From assembly GCA_964016885.1 (NCBI GenBank), contig OZ024740.1:64356001-64420000 (forward strand): 64,000 nucleotides of DNA. The letters run 5' to 3'. A program made the position numbers and the translations under genes. Position 1 is the stretch's first letter, and each line of letters starts with the position of its first letter. The notes beneath the pieces were generated by a model. It did no database searches, had not been told where the DNA came from, and was given only the letters and a program-made list of their open reading frames with translations. Shown piece after piece: positions 25,690 through 38,311 of this stretch. This DNA is from Eledone cirrhosa. Its lineage: Eukaryota.

Positions 25690-28600
25690 AGATGTAAGTG
25701 GGTGTACGTTGAGATGTGTGGTGCGTATAAGACGTGTAGAGGAATGAAGGAAAGAGTATAAAGAATAAAATAAAATTAAAATAACAACACGAGAGAGAGT
25801 TACCTTGGGAGAGATTTAACTGTCCCTATATATTTCGGATTCACATCCATCAACTGGCTTTTTTTCCGAGGGGTGGGGTGGGGTGGGGGGGAAGGTTGTC
25901 TGTCAGAAAGGTGCGAAACGTGTCCTCCACTGTTCGTTGTTTTGAATATCTGAGGTATTCAGCAGAGCGCGTGTGCGCGTGAAATGGCAGAGGTCAGCGG
26001 CCGAAGTAGTTCTTTCAATTGTGGGACTGGGGTGGCGCTAGATGTCAGTCCATAGTATTCTCTGTCTGTTTGGTGAATGTTACTGTTTGTGTGTGTGCGT
26101 GTGTTGTTGCCTTGTTCCTCTGTATTGGCAGTGCAGTATGTTCGTATTGTTGAATGCTACTGTGCGTGTGTTGTTGTCTCGCTTGTGTGTGTGTACGTGT
26201 GTTGCTGCATCGTTTGTTAACTTAAACCAACCACCTCATTTCGCTTCTCTCGGATCGGTTGTTTAATTGTGGCCCTAGGCATTTGATCCAAAGTGCTTCC
26301 TTGATACGTAATGTGCCGACGTTTCTTTCTGTCGTTAGAATTGTGACAATGGGCCTTCCGTCTTTGTTTCCGCATTTGGCTAAGTGTTTCTGGAAAGACG
26401 AGGCCCTGGTGTTAGTGTGCTCCTTGATCCGGATGTGCAACGGCCGGATTGTGCTACCTATATAGTATTGGTTGCACTTTTTACATTCTATCTTATACAC
26501 GACGTATGTGCGTAGGCAACATTTCGTATGGCGCATCGGGAAGTCTCTGAGGGAGCACGCGTCAGTTGATTTCCCGGGTTTCCTGGAGAGGAATCTTCGC
26601 AGGGAGGAGCCCGAGTGGTCCAGGTGGATGTCGAGGCCCTCCCTCCGTATAGCCTTGCAGATAGCGTTGGTGTTATTCTCGCCCAGGTGTGGCATTTTAA
26701 GGAAGCACTTGCCTTGGGTGCCTCTCTGTCTCTTGTGTCTGGTATCTCCTACTCTGTCTGTGAGCGAGGTAGGGTACCCGTTCGTCTCCAGCACCTCGAG
26801 GAATCACTTGGTATGAGTGACACCTCTCGCGGGATCGCTGCATCTGTTTTTTATTCGCGCGATCTCGTTCGTGATGTATCCTCTTTTGGCACTGTTAGGG
26901 AGGGCGGACTTGTAGTGGACGAACAGGTCCCTGCAGGCTGCCTTTCGGTAGAAGTTGCAGTGGATCCCTCCCTGTTCCGTGATGTTGATTCGCAAGTTGA
27001 GGAGGAAAAGTGACCCGTCGTCGTTGGGGTGTTCAACACTGAAGTCAATGTTCTCGTCCGTGTTGTTGAACGTCTCATAGATTCTGTTCGCCATGTCTTG
27101 GGAAGATGTGAGGATGAGGATATCGTCCACGTACCTTGAGAAAAAGGCGACGGTGTTGGGGTGGCAGGCGTTGAGTGCCTTGCGCTCGAGGCTGTCCATA
27201 TAAGAGATCGCTAGCACACCCGACAGGCTTGATCCCATGGGCAGTCCCGAGGTTTGTTGGTATGTTTGGTCAAGGAATCCAAAGTAGGTGTTGTCGACGA
27301 CGATGGATAGGAGTTGGTGGATGTCAGTGGTGGTGAGCCCGAAGCAGTGTAGGTCGGTGGATTGGACGCGTTCCATCAGTATATTAACGGCCGGGAGTTC
27401 CGGGACCGAGGTGTAGAGAGCGACTACATCAAGGCTGAAGGCATATCTGTTATTCTTTCTGGGGTCGGGATCCATTTGATGCAGGCGCTTCAACTCCTCC
27501 TCGGAGCTGTTAACGTGTCCCGGCAAGGTGTCTAAGATGGGTTTGAGTATTGTGGCTAGGAGCCATGAAATTTTGTAGAGTGGTCCTTCCACGCTCGATA
27601 CGATGGGCCTGATCTTCAGGTCGGGTCCCTGTTTGTGTGTTTTCACGAGGTGGTAGAAGGCGGGTAGTCTGCTGTTCCTCTTGAGGAGATTGTATCTCAG
27701 CTTCTTCGGGAGCTTCCGCCGGTCGCAGATGTTGGTCCAGGCGGCGTTGATGTGCACTTCTATCTACGCGGGAGTGATTCCCGTGACCTTGGAGTAGAGG
27801 TTGTCATTGTCCAGGTGTTGGAGGGCCAGGGTGTTGTAGGCCTCTCTGCTGATGACGCAGAATTCGTTTCCCTTCTCGGAGGGGAGGTAGATGAGGTTCT
27901 TCGATTTTAGGTTGGAGAGAGTGGTGAGTTGAGATTTGGTGAGGTTGGTGTGTTGTGCGTGTGTGTGTGTGTGTGTGTGTGTGAAGTATATCCGAGATGG
28001 AGTGTTTTAGCCTGATGAGTTTAGTGTTGAGTTCGTGGTTGGTGGGTGGGCGGGGGGGGGGGTGGAGTGGGTTGTCGGGGTGGTAAGTGGGGAACCTGGG
28101 GTGGGTTGCATGGGTGCTGTTATTTTCTGTGGCGCTGTTAATGGCGGTCACCCATTTAAGTTGGTAAGCGGCTCGACAAAAGTTGGTCTCGATGTTGAGT
28201 TTGAGTCTGTCGTCGAGACGTTGTGAGACGATGAACTTGGGTCCGAGGTGTAGGAGTTTCAGCTCGTCGCTCGTGAGAGTGCCGGTTAGGTCGGTGACCA
28301 GGTGCGTCGCATCGTTGAGGTGTGGCTCGGTGTTGCTGGATGCGGCGGTGGCGGTTGTTACGTTGTTGTTTTCCACACGGTTCTGGTCCGTCTGTTCGTT
28401 AGTGTCGATGTTCTCGTTGTGGAGTTTAGACAAGATCCACTCATATTTCCGCTTGAGCCGTTTTTTCTCGTATTGGACTCTGGAGTGGTAGCACTGGTCG
28501 ATTGCTTTAGTGATTTTAAGAAGCAAGTCGCCGGGTGTTATTGACAGTCGATGTGTCCGCTCTGAGAGTGTCCGCTTATGGACGTGTAATTGGCGGTTGA

Positions 28601-28752
28601 GATGTCTCAGGATCTGTTTAATACACGTGCGATGTATGCGGTTAGTGGTGTTTTGGAAAGCTGGTGTACGTAGGCTTACTGGTAAGCGGATGTTCCTGAT
28701 GGTGTTGGGGATGACATCGGTTTTTAAGAAGCGTTTCAGGAAAATAATTTGA
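25690..28752 (-). mobile_element. Near-full-length Penelope/Poseidon-type PLE, 5'-truncated
   Basis: RT plus GIY-YIG coding region followed by a 3' UTR with a degenerate hammerhead-like motif (ggat gtga atcc GAAA tata TA) at ~25824-25857. Confidence 0.85.
26222..28750 (-). pseudogene. PLE polyprotein (RT plus C-terminal GIY-YIG endonuclease); one frameshift at a (CA)n run and two in-frame stops
   Basis: SEKG, KTHK...IRPIVS, SLDVVALYTSV, GLPMGSSLS, RYVDD, NGYP, VVYKIECKKCNQYYIGST...RIKEH, EALWI...P.LN. Confidence 0.9.
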
Positions 28753-28780
28753 CAGCCAGCATTGGGGTCCTGACTCTTTT

Positions 28781-28928
<148 letters not shown>

Positions 28929-28943
28929 CACACGCACCCCTCC

Positions 28944-28976
<33 letters not shown>

Positions 28977-28979
<3 letters not shown>

Positions 28980-29161
28980 AAAAGAGTCAAGACCCCGACG
29001 GCTGAGCTCCGGTCGTTTCGACGACTAGATCTAGCTGTCGAAACGAACGGAGCTCAGCCGTCGGGGTCCTGACTCTTTTTCTATTACTCACTCTCCTACC
29101 CTAAGTATCGAGTACTCTGGTGCGTTATGGTCCACCTGGTTTCCTACCACACTTTCTTTGT

Positions 29162-29163
<2 letters not shown>
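28977..29163 (+). mobile_element. Palindromic PLE pseudo-LTR mini-element (GGGGTC family) with tail
   Basis: ~105-bp hairpin centred on ctagatctag, then ttactcactc...ttctttgtta, between (TA)n tracts. Confidence 0.8.
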
Positions 29164-29208
<45 letters not shown>

Positions 29209-29284
29209 GTATATATACAATCTAAATAACTAGATAAATTACAAGATATATTTGCACTAATAATGATTTCGTTAATAATTTTTT

Positions 29285-29445
29285 ATTCAGGCACAAGGCC
29301 AATAATTTGGATAAGGAGAAAGTCGGTGATATTGAGCCCAGTGTGTTTCTGGCATTTTATTTTATCGACTCCGTAAGTATGAAAGGCAAAGCTAACCACG
29401 ACGGGATTTGAACTCAGATCGTAAAGGGCCGTAACTATATGCCGC
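29285..29445 (-). mobile_element. tRNA-derived SINE, diverged
   Basis: tttatcgactccgtaagtatgaaaggcaaag...gggatttgaactcag. Confidence 0.75.
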
Positions 29446-29790
29446 ACAAATTTGCACTAATAAGGGTTTTCCTTCATGTTTTTTTCCAATATTAATCGCT
29501 TGGCGTTGAACGAAATTTGGGGAACGCGAATAATCTATTTGATTCACTACAGTAATTCAACTATACTTATTTTATCAAAATCACTCGCATGAAAGACGAG
29601 TTTTACAACGGAAAAATTTGAACCAAGAATGGAATGGGACATAACGGAATACCGAATAATTGATTTTGGTCGTTTACAATTACCGTTTTCTAGCAACTCC
29701 TTTGACACAATTTATATATACAGACATACATTCATGCATTCATACATACATGCATACATACATAGTGTACATTCATGAATACATACATAC

Positions 29791-30122
29791 ATGGTGGCTG
29801 CCAACTCGTTTTCGAGTACGGCCACTACTTTATATCCATGTAGGAGAACCCCTACCGATGCGCTAAACAAGTGTGACTTTTTAGTCCAGCCAGCGACATG
29901 AAAACTCTGGTACAAACACTACACTTGTGACAATCATTGACACATAGTGCTGGGCCCATAGTACCATGTGACGACAAGTGCAGAGATCTCCAGATATAAA
30001 GCAATGCCTGTGCCGTGAAGCTTTTATAGTGAGCAAAGGCACTGCACAAAGCCAGTCCCACTCTCTTAACCAATATGATATTTACCAAAAAGAAGAACAA
30101 TTCAACATCATTGGATACCATC
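29791..30122 (-). mobile_element. ~335-bp repeat ending in an RTE-like 3' terminus (C2H2 finger, ggcagccacca); second copy at 61805-62137 (+)
   Basis: CSVCTRVFMSLAGLKSHT; the two copies are highly similar and share endpoints. Confidence 0.7.
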
Positions 30123-30199
30123 AGGGTTGCAGGTGTTATATCAGAGTTTTCCTTCATACATACAAGCATACCTTCATGCATACATACAAACATGTTGAT

Positions 30200-30490
30200 T
30201 GCTACTTCTTGACAGAGAATGGCATCCCTTCATTGAACATTAAACGATCATGTGCATGCAGGTGACTTTTCATACCCACTTTTGTTTTGCAGGTACGTTC
30301 ACAGATGTGACACTTGAACTGTCTGTCTTTTGGCAATACCGGCTGGGGTTTGTCTCCATGCATTTTACCATGTCTAGTCAGTTCACAGATTGACTTGCAA
30401 ATGAAACCACACTCACTGCAAATGTATCATGGAGTGTGTGGCGGTAGAACCATCTCACAGTTGGCATGATCTCTCCACGGCTCATGTGAT
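30200..30490 (-). pseudogene. LINE (RTE-like) C-terminus with two C2H2 fingers
   Basis: YICSECGFICKSICELTRHGKMH and FKCHICERTCKTKVGMKSHLHAH in minus-strand frames. Confidence 0.45.
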
Positions 30491-31782
30491 TTCAGTTGGT
30501 TAACAAAACTAGCTCTTGTTACAAGTCGGCCACATATATTATACATACAACCATATATAAAGACCCTCTTCGGTCACGAATGACCATGGGATTTGCACCT
30601 AGAATGTTCCTCCCCGAGCCAATCACATAAGCATACAGGAATCCTCTCTCCACCCCACCGATGTTGTTACTAACAATGTAAGATGAATTCAAACAATTCA
30701 AACCTATACACGGACTGTATCTTAGAACCAAATTAATATAAGTATTAATGGTAATTTACGCATGCTTCTTATAAATATATCATCATTTTACGTCCGCTTT
30801 TCTTTGCTTCCAGTACTTGACATATAAAGACACACCCAGTACTTGACATATAAAGACACACCCACAAGCACACAAACTATACACCTCATACAAAAAAGAA
30901 AATTGATTTCACGAAATACTATATTGGCAATTGACGTCATTCACATGGAAAGCGAAATACTCATCGAAAAACGCTTGAAAAAATTAAAATCAAAATAATT
31001 ATTTTATCCCAAAGAGAGGAAATTAGAACGTAATCCACTGAAGGTTCCTTAAACCCTAATAAAGGGACTTTTAGGTCCCGAAATATTGCATAATAAAAGA
31101 AGAAGAACAACAAAACAAAACAAAGATTACCAGGTCAATTTTCCTTTTCGCTACCTCATCTTACGGTACATTTTTGTATTGTTCAACCTTCTAACTCTTT
31201 TAACGTTATATATATATATATATATATATATATAGCATACTGCATATTGCTGCCTCTGAAATAACTTCCTCTGCAAATCTAACTACAACAAATATTATTC
31301 TAATTGTATAAGGAAAATTAATGATAAGATTATAAATGATAATGGTGTAATGCTCAACCTTAATGCTGTACCTTGCAACAAATCCATGTACAATATGTTT
31401 TTATATTTCATTTCTTGTTTGACGTCCAGTGTTTGATATGTGGTCAATTCTTATTACATTTTGAATTTGGTAAACTTTGTTCTTTTTCACATTTCCTGAA
31501 CACATACGCGTATATGTAGTATAGATAGTGTTAATAATTGCTAATTAATTATTTCCGATTATTTTCATCATTGAAATTGACGTAGAAATTAAAGTATGAA
31601 TTTAATTTGTTAACCTTGGTCTTTTGTCATTTTGAATTTTAATGCTTTGCTATTTGAACTGTCCTCAGCAACAAGAACCTTAACTTTCGAAGATTTATTC
31701 GTCTATTTTAAACTCCTTACCAGCTGAAGATTTTAGTGTGCATAGAACTTCTCTCACCTCGCCCCAAATAATAGTGTAATAC

Positions 31783-31836
<54 letters not shown>

Positions 31837-31839
<3 letters not shown>

Positions 31840-32168
31840 AAAAGAGTCAGGACCCCGACGGCTGAGCTCCGGCCGCTTCGACAGCTAGATCTAGACGGGT
31901 TCCGGACTCTTTTCCTATTACGCACTTTACTACCCTAAGTATCAAGTACTCTGGTGCGTTATGGTCCACCTGGTTCCTTACCACACTTCCATATATATAT
32001 ATATATATATAGGAACGAGTAGGACCCCGACGGCTGAGCTCAAGCCGTCGAGACGGCTTGAGCTCAGCCGTCGGGGCCCTACTCGTTCCTATTACCCACT
32101 CTACTACCCTAAGTATTGAGTACTTTGGTGCGTTATGGTCCACTTGGTTCCTTACCACATTTCCTTCG

Positions 32169-32202
<34 letters not shown>

Positions 32203-32292
32203 TCGATACTTAGGGTAGTAAAGTGCGTAATAGGAAAAGAGTCAGGACCCCGTCCAGATCTAGCTGTCGGAACGGCCGGAGCTCAGCCGTTG
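31837..32292. mobile_element. Cluster of three GGGGTC-family inverted pseudo-LTR mini-elements separated by (TA)n
   Basis: Units at 31837-31990, 32010-32171 and 32200-32292, each combining an inverted piece with tail sequence. Confidence 0.8.
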
Positions 32293-32416
32293 GGAAAATT
32301 AACTTCATATATTTATATTAGCTGCAATATATATTTCGGTGATAATTATTACTCAAGAGGTATGATCTCATCAGGCAGCTTGAACTTGAACAGAAAAAAA
32401 AACAAGAAAACAAATT

Positions 32417-33000
32417 GGAATCGAAGTTCTACTTTATTTTAATGCTTTACACATTTTTCAAGTGTGGTATAATCATTACGCAATTATTTAGAAATAAGAT
32501 CTTACAAGTAACTTGTGTGAGTGAAAAATAAAGAAAAAACAAAGCAATTTTATACCGCATTATCTTCTAAATAAGTATAAATCAAAATAGATATTACAAA
32601 AATACATTAAAGTCATTCGCTACATGCTAGACAGTAGAGTCAATTAATGACTACATCAAGAATACTTCGGAGAATTGATTTCACTAAAGTTATAAATAAC
32701 GGTTCTGTTACGTTGTCTAATAACAATTTAAAAATGAAAAAAGAAAAAATTCAGGCTAATATGGCAGTTAAAGGGAGATCATTCGTATTCAACGTAACGA
32801 TATTTACATATGCATTCTTCTAGGCTTACGAATTCAGAATGGCTTCTGAAGATAATGTGGTATAAAAAAATCTGTTTATTTTCTTTATTTGTCACTCATA
32901 CAAGTTACTTGTAAGTTCCTATATCTAAATAAATATATAATGATTATATCACACTTCAAATATGTGTAAAGCATAGAATTAAAGTAGAACGTTGATTCTA
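32417..33000. mobile_element. MITE-like foldback with ~155-bp arms
   Basis: ttctactttattttaatgctttacacat...cttacaagtaacttgtgtgagtga versus tcactcatacaagttacttgtaag...atgtgtaaagcatagaattaaagtagaa. Confidence 0.75.
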
Positions 33001-33227
33001 TCTTTTTATTTGCGTATATATGCTCGGTGTTTACATCTTTCTTTTCATAGCTTTTCCGTTAAAAGTTTTTCTTATTTTTCCAACCAATATTACATAATCA
33101 CATTGAGCTTACTCTAAAATAATTTTCAATAATACACTCTCATATATAACTCTCTTGATACAAATTGAGTTATATATTGTTTTACCTTTGCTACACACAC
33201 ACGCGCGCGCGCGCACACATATATAAA

Positions 33228-34368
33228 TGATGCTATACTTAGCTTTCGTTGATCTAGAAAAATCCTTTGACAGTGTACCTCGATCAATTATCTGGTGGTA
33301 CTCAAGGTAGGTAATTAGGTGTAAAAGAATGGCTGGTGAAAGCAGTGCAATCCATACACAGAGGAGTTGTCAGCAAAGTGAGAGTAGGAAGTGAGAATTT
33401 AGTGAGAATTTCAAGCTACAGGTAGGAGGTCACCTGGATTTGGTTCTTAGTCCACTAATATTCATTATAATTCTCCAGGCCATAACAGAGGGGTCTAAGA
33501 CCTGCTGTATATGCGTGCCTCTTTATGCAGATGATATGGGACTTATAGCCGAATACATTAATGGACTAGAAAATACGTTCCGACTATGGAAACGGAATAT
33601 GGAATCAAAAGGTGTGAGCGTAAACTTAACGTGTAGGAGAAAAGATAGGACCCTGATCCTCTCAGAGAAGTGGCTCTGCTCGATATGTTGAAATGGGATA
33701 GACATAAACTCCATATGGTGTACACAATGTAAAGTTTGCATACACAAGAGATGTAGTGGGATAATGGGTAGACTAAGAGGAAGGGCCCATAGAAGTGGTG
33801 GATAGCTCCGGCTATCTAGATGAAGTAATTAGCAACGGAGCGGGGTGCTCTGAGAGCATAATAGCTAGAGTAAGGATAGAATAGAAAAGGTTTAAAGCGC
33901 TACTCCCACTCTTGACCACTATTGACGTACAAAAGGATAACTGTATGGCATTCGTGTGCGAAGTGCGATGCTGCATGGCAGAGAAACATGGGCTGTGAAT
34001 CCAGATGTCATGCGTAGACGGGAGAGAAATGGAGCAACCTCGCTTCGTTGGCTGTGCAATATAAGTGTGAGAGAAAGGCAGAGCTTGGACGAGATCAGGG
34101 AGAAGCTGAGTTTAAGAGGAATCCAAGGTAGCATGCAGAGAGAAGAGTGTCTTGGTATGCACACGTGTTGCGCATGGACGATGATCACTGGAGGAGGAAG
34201 CGCCAGGAAATCCCAGTTAAAGGAAGCCGCAGTAGAGATAGACCAAGAAAGATCAAGGCAGTGGCTGTAAGAGGTGACTTCAAAGCGCTCAGACCCACAG
34301 AGGAGATGACGAAGGAACGTGAGGAGCGGGGACATGCTTTGCTGAGTACCTGTTCAACCTACACAAGC
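33228..34368 (+). mobile_element. RTE-type LINE RT fragment with PHD-like insertion
   Basis: AFVDLEKSFD, LSPLIF, LYADD, WLCSIC...NSIWCTQCKVCIHKRCSG, MLHGRETW, WYAHVLRMDDD. Confidence 0.75.
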
Positions 34369-34553
34369 CTGCGCATTTTTCAGGTCTAGTTTAATATTTT
34401 TTTAAGGCAACGCTTGTAATAACTCTAGTTAAACATGATATATATTAATAATAAATTATCGTTGTAATGTAATTAGATTATATAATTGTTATTTTATAAA
34501 TGATCTTATAAATATTATTGTAAGATGTATAAAAATATTTTCAGACTTTTAAT

Positions 34554-37500
34554 TAGAGGAGGGGGGGGGGTGTTAATTTACAAATCTGCAGACTCAATTT
34601 CCGGGCCCCCTTTAAAATATGTAGTGACCCATACCATTCACTGAAATCATACTAAAATGTTTTCCCGAGGGCCGGAACCCCCTGTACATACCCCCTGAAG
34701 TTGAGGATGGTCGAAAAGAAGGAAAAATCCGCTATTATTGCACCTATACTCGATATTCTTTCGTCACAAGGGGGGTTTTAGGGGTCGATAAACTCATTTA
34801 TGGTATTGTTTTTGCATTACAACCATCCAATATGCTGGAAATCCAGGATGCCGGATATGGGAAACTGCTATTGAACCAACTATATTGACTAATATATAAT
34901 CTTTTTATGAATGGCTTATTTTAAACGCATTTCCGAAGACAAAATGAGCTTAACTCTAGTCTATGGCTTGAACAAATTATTATGCATGATTCATTGGTAC
35001 ATTATCATTGGTTTATTTTAAATTATAATTGTTCAACAAGTGATCTAAAGCATCTTTAACGTCCAGAACAGTAGCATCTGTTTTGCAGCTGACTTTCTCC
35101 AGATAAACCCTCAGATTTCGCACGTAAGTATCCACATCTAGTTTCCGATAATTCCTTTTCAGTTTGAAAATGTCGCTGGATTTTGGTATCCATAGCGAAG
35201 TGTCCCTTGCATATCTAGTTTCTAAATACAACCTTTCTATTTTATCTGTTTCCGAAGCCGTATCGCTCTCCATATATGTATCTATCTCCTCCTTTTTAGT
35301 GTAAGGACCACCTACAGATTTTAGATAATCAAGGTCCTTGTTTTGTAGCTTGTCGGTGGCGATATTGACATTTTCCATGGTTGCGAGGCCTTCGCGTGTC
35401 AACTCCTACTCTCTTACAGTCCATGCTTTCATAATTTCTGGTATTTGGCCGCCTTTTCTAACCAGCTTCCCGTATTTGACGAAAGACCCCGACTCATTTT
35501 CGATGAGGTCTTTAGCCTTCATCTTTACTTGAGATGAAGAAGCGGCGGCCAATTGTTTCGCGCCTCGGTGAGTCAATTCGTAATTAATAAAGCCCACGCT
35601 GAATCGAGGTTGTGAATAGCCGCTTTTTCAAGTTTGGCAGTGTCCATCTTTGATAAGGCGTATGGAGAATCGCAGGCTTCTCCAATTCCGAATATGTCGC
35701 CCTTTTGCTTCTGGAAGCCATCACCCAACTTCGGTAAGAGCACCTTTATGACTTTGAGTACATCATCTCTCAACTCGCTGGTCACCGCATTTATTGCATC
35801 GCACATTTCATCATCATATCGGATCTGTCTGAAACATTCTTCTGATACGAAACTCAAAGCTGGTTGGTCGGTAGATAATAATTTGCTGGGATCAATATGT
35901 ATCAAATCGTCGTAGATCTTATTGAAGGCTATCGCCAGTTTGGGATAGTCCGTCGCTTGTGCAGTCGTGAGTGATAAGAATGGCTCTACCAAATGCAATC
36001 CGATGATAGCTCCACTGCAGAACAACACCCGGAGGAAGTCCATATTCATGAAACAGCACACTATGCACGCCAACTGGTTAGTTACATGTTCGAATTTCTG
36101 AACGTATGCGGCTACATCGTCTAGGTGATACAGCGTAACTGCACAAGTTATGGTAAGCCGATTGAACCGTTCATTTTTCAATGAAACGGACTTGTTTTTG
36201 CGTGGATGTATAAACGAGTCAGTCATTCGCCTTGTTCCAATTTTTGTGGTAGAAATCATGGCATATCAATCTTGTTATACAGTCGAGGGCTTGCTCTGTG
36301 ACGCTTGAGGCATTAGTAGTTGCATTCACTAGAAAACTCGAGAAGATTTTGTCTCTACCAATTTCATTTTCAATTTCAGACCATAGCTTTGTCAAAACCC
36401 TGTTGAACAAGAGGGAAGGATGAACATTACAGAAAAGGGGTCTGGAACGTGTTCAGTCTCTAGTTTTTCAGTTAGGATCACCTCAACATCGAAATTGTGG
36501 GATGTCTGATCAGTTATCACAAAATTAATTTTTTCGAAGAGCAATTTGACGAGTACCTCACTTGCAGCTTCTAGTATGGACAAAACAGCCAATTTTAAAT
36601 CACTCAAGTTCTGTCGCGATTCAGGCGCTATCGGTAACGTAGGAAGCGCTCTGTACTTTCCACCAACTGTCATGCCCTGTACACTGAAAGATCCAACACC
36701 TTGTTTTTTGGACCCGTTGTCGTGATAGGTAATCACGCTGTTGGTATCTGAAGACATGATTTCCTTAACTATGCAGTCCAGTGCCATCATTTCAATACTT
36801 TTTCCGCTCTCTCGAATATTACGTTTATGAGGTAAAGTATCGAGATCGATAACGTCGATTTCGTTATGTAACTTCTATTTCCTGTCAAACAATTTATTTC
36901 CAACAACTATCGCGGCATTAGCCTGATTTTCAGACATATGAGTTATGGATTTCAGTTCATCGATAGTTTCGTATACTTCCGGCTTTATTATCCTCTCACT
37001 GATTCGTAGGTGTCTGAAACATGGGGGTAGAAGCTCATCTCCGAAGTCCAATGATGCCACACCATTACGCTTCTTAGGAACTGACGGAGCACTGTCAGAT
37101 GAGAAATCAACGTCCGCAACTTGTTCGTTGTCTTCGGTAGAGTCCGAAGACACATCCATAAATAATTGGATCATTTCTTGCTCTTTTTCAGTTCTCTGCC
37201 TCTGTCTTTCCAAAGATTCAATGTCACTTTTCCTCCTTTTCATTGTCTTTTCCCACTTTTTATCTATGAAATTCTCACAAAACATTTCACGGTCCTTGCG
37301 CTGATCATGAAGGATTTCCCACTCATCGTCCGTTATGCTGACTCCGAGGTAATTTTCTAGTCTCTTCCTCACTACGGCGTTCTCGCAGAATATATCAAAT
37401 ATATAATCCACTTCGTTGTTAAATTTTTTAACCTCCTCCAAGTATTTTTCATTTCTCCTGTTCTTCATCGTTTGATATAGTCGTTGAAATTCTGCATATA

Positions 37501-38311
37501 ATTGAAGTATTTAAATGTTTTAAATGTTTTAAATGTTTAAATGTTTTAAATATTTTATCGTCACTGTATATACGTTACAGAAAATCCAGTGTTCTGATAG
37601 TACATTTGAGAAGGACAATGCCGCTTCTTCTTTTGGTCTCTGACTCTAGCCTGCTCGTGATGGTCGCATTAGATACATCATGTTCGTGATAACATTCCTT
37701 TTTGTGGGTAGAAGTCCATTGGAGAATCCTGCAGTTTCCACATATTCCAGTTCACCGAGAATCTTCTTCGCGGACGATCGCAATGGTAATTGTGTGTGCC
37801 TGTATGCCATTTCAAAAATTGGACGTTAATCTGAAAGTACGAAAGATATGGTGCATGTGAGATCACGGGGAAATACAGGTTCGGCTAAAGAACGAAGCAA
37901 TAACGAATTCGGTAGACGTTAAACACGAGAAACTATTTATTACATGAGACAACATAACTCTCGCAGTGGAAAATTACTGTACCCGCAATATAGAATTTTG
38001 CTCGCCATCTTGGATTTTGGTCGCCATCCTGGATTTCCGGCATATTGGATGGTCGTAATGCAAAAACAATACCATAAATGAGTTTATCGCCCCCCAAAAC
38101 CCCCATTGTGTCGAAAGAATATCGAGTATAGGTGCGATAATAGCGGACTTTTCCTTCTTTTCGACCATCCCCAACTTCAGGGGTATCTACAGGGGGGGGG
38201 GGGGTCTGGCCCTTGGGAACATTTTTTAGTATGATTTCAATGAATGGTATGGGTCATTACATATTTTAAAGGGGACCCGAAAAAAAATACATATTTATCA
38301 CCCCCCCTCTA
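34554..38311 (-). mobile_element. hAT-superfamily-like (hATw/hATm-type) DNA transposon with ~300-bp TIRs and 7-bp TSD
   Basis: Termini TAGAGG...CCTCTA; TIRs ~34554-34852 and ~38022-38311; ttttaat at both 34547-34553 and 38312-38318. Confidence 0.85.
35013..37468 (-). pseudogene. Frameshifted DDE transposase
   Basis: Consecutive minus-strand ORFs: FDIFC...LHDQR, YHDNGSKK (D1), ITDQTSHN (D2), LFCNVHP (CxxH, across a frameshift), IHNLDS...GFINYEL (region of catalytic E). Confidence 0.7.

Noticed and set aside
26804-26806. In-frame TGA in the PLE ORF as possible selenocysteine
   Set aside because: More simply a CGA-to-TGA CpG decay; a TAG stop and a frameshift are also present, no SECIS was recognised, and Sec-coding PLEs (Naiad) have an N-terminal endonuclease.
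30810-30863. Short tandem duplication ccagtacttgacatataaagacacac, two copies
   Set aside because: Ordinary local slippage with no further structure.
31837-32292. CRISPR-like array of palindromic repeats
   Set aside because: Eukaryotic context, units are irregular, spacers are (TA)n, and no cas genes are present.
34554-38311. Sola2/Sola3 assignment from GAG...CTC ends and long TIRs
   Set aside because: No 4-bp or TTAA TSD at those ends and no Sola-type motifs were recognised; the CxxH motif and TAG termini with a 7-bp duplication fit hAT-like better.
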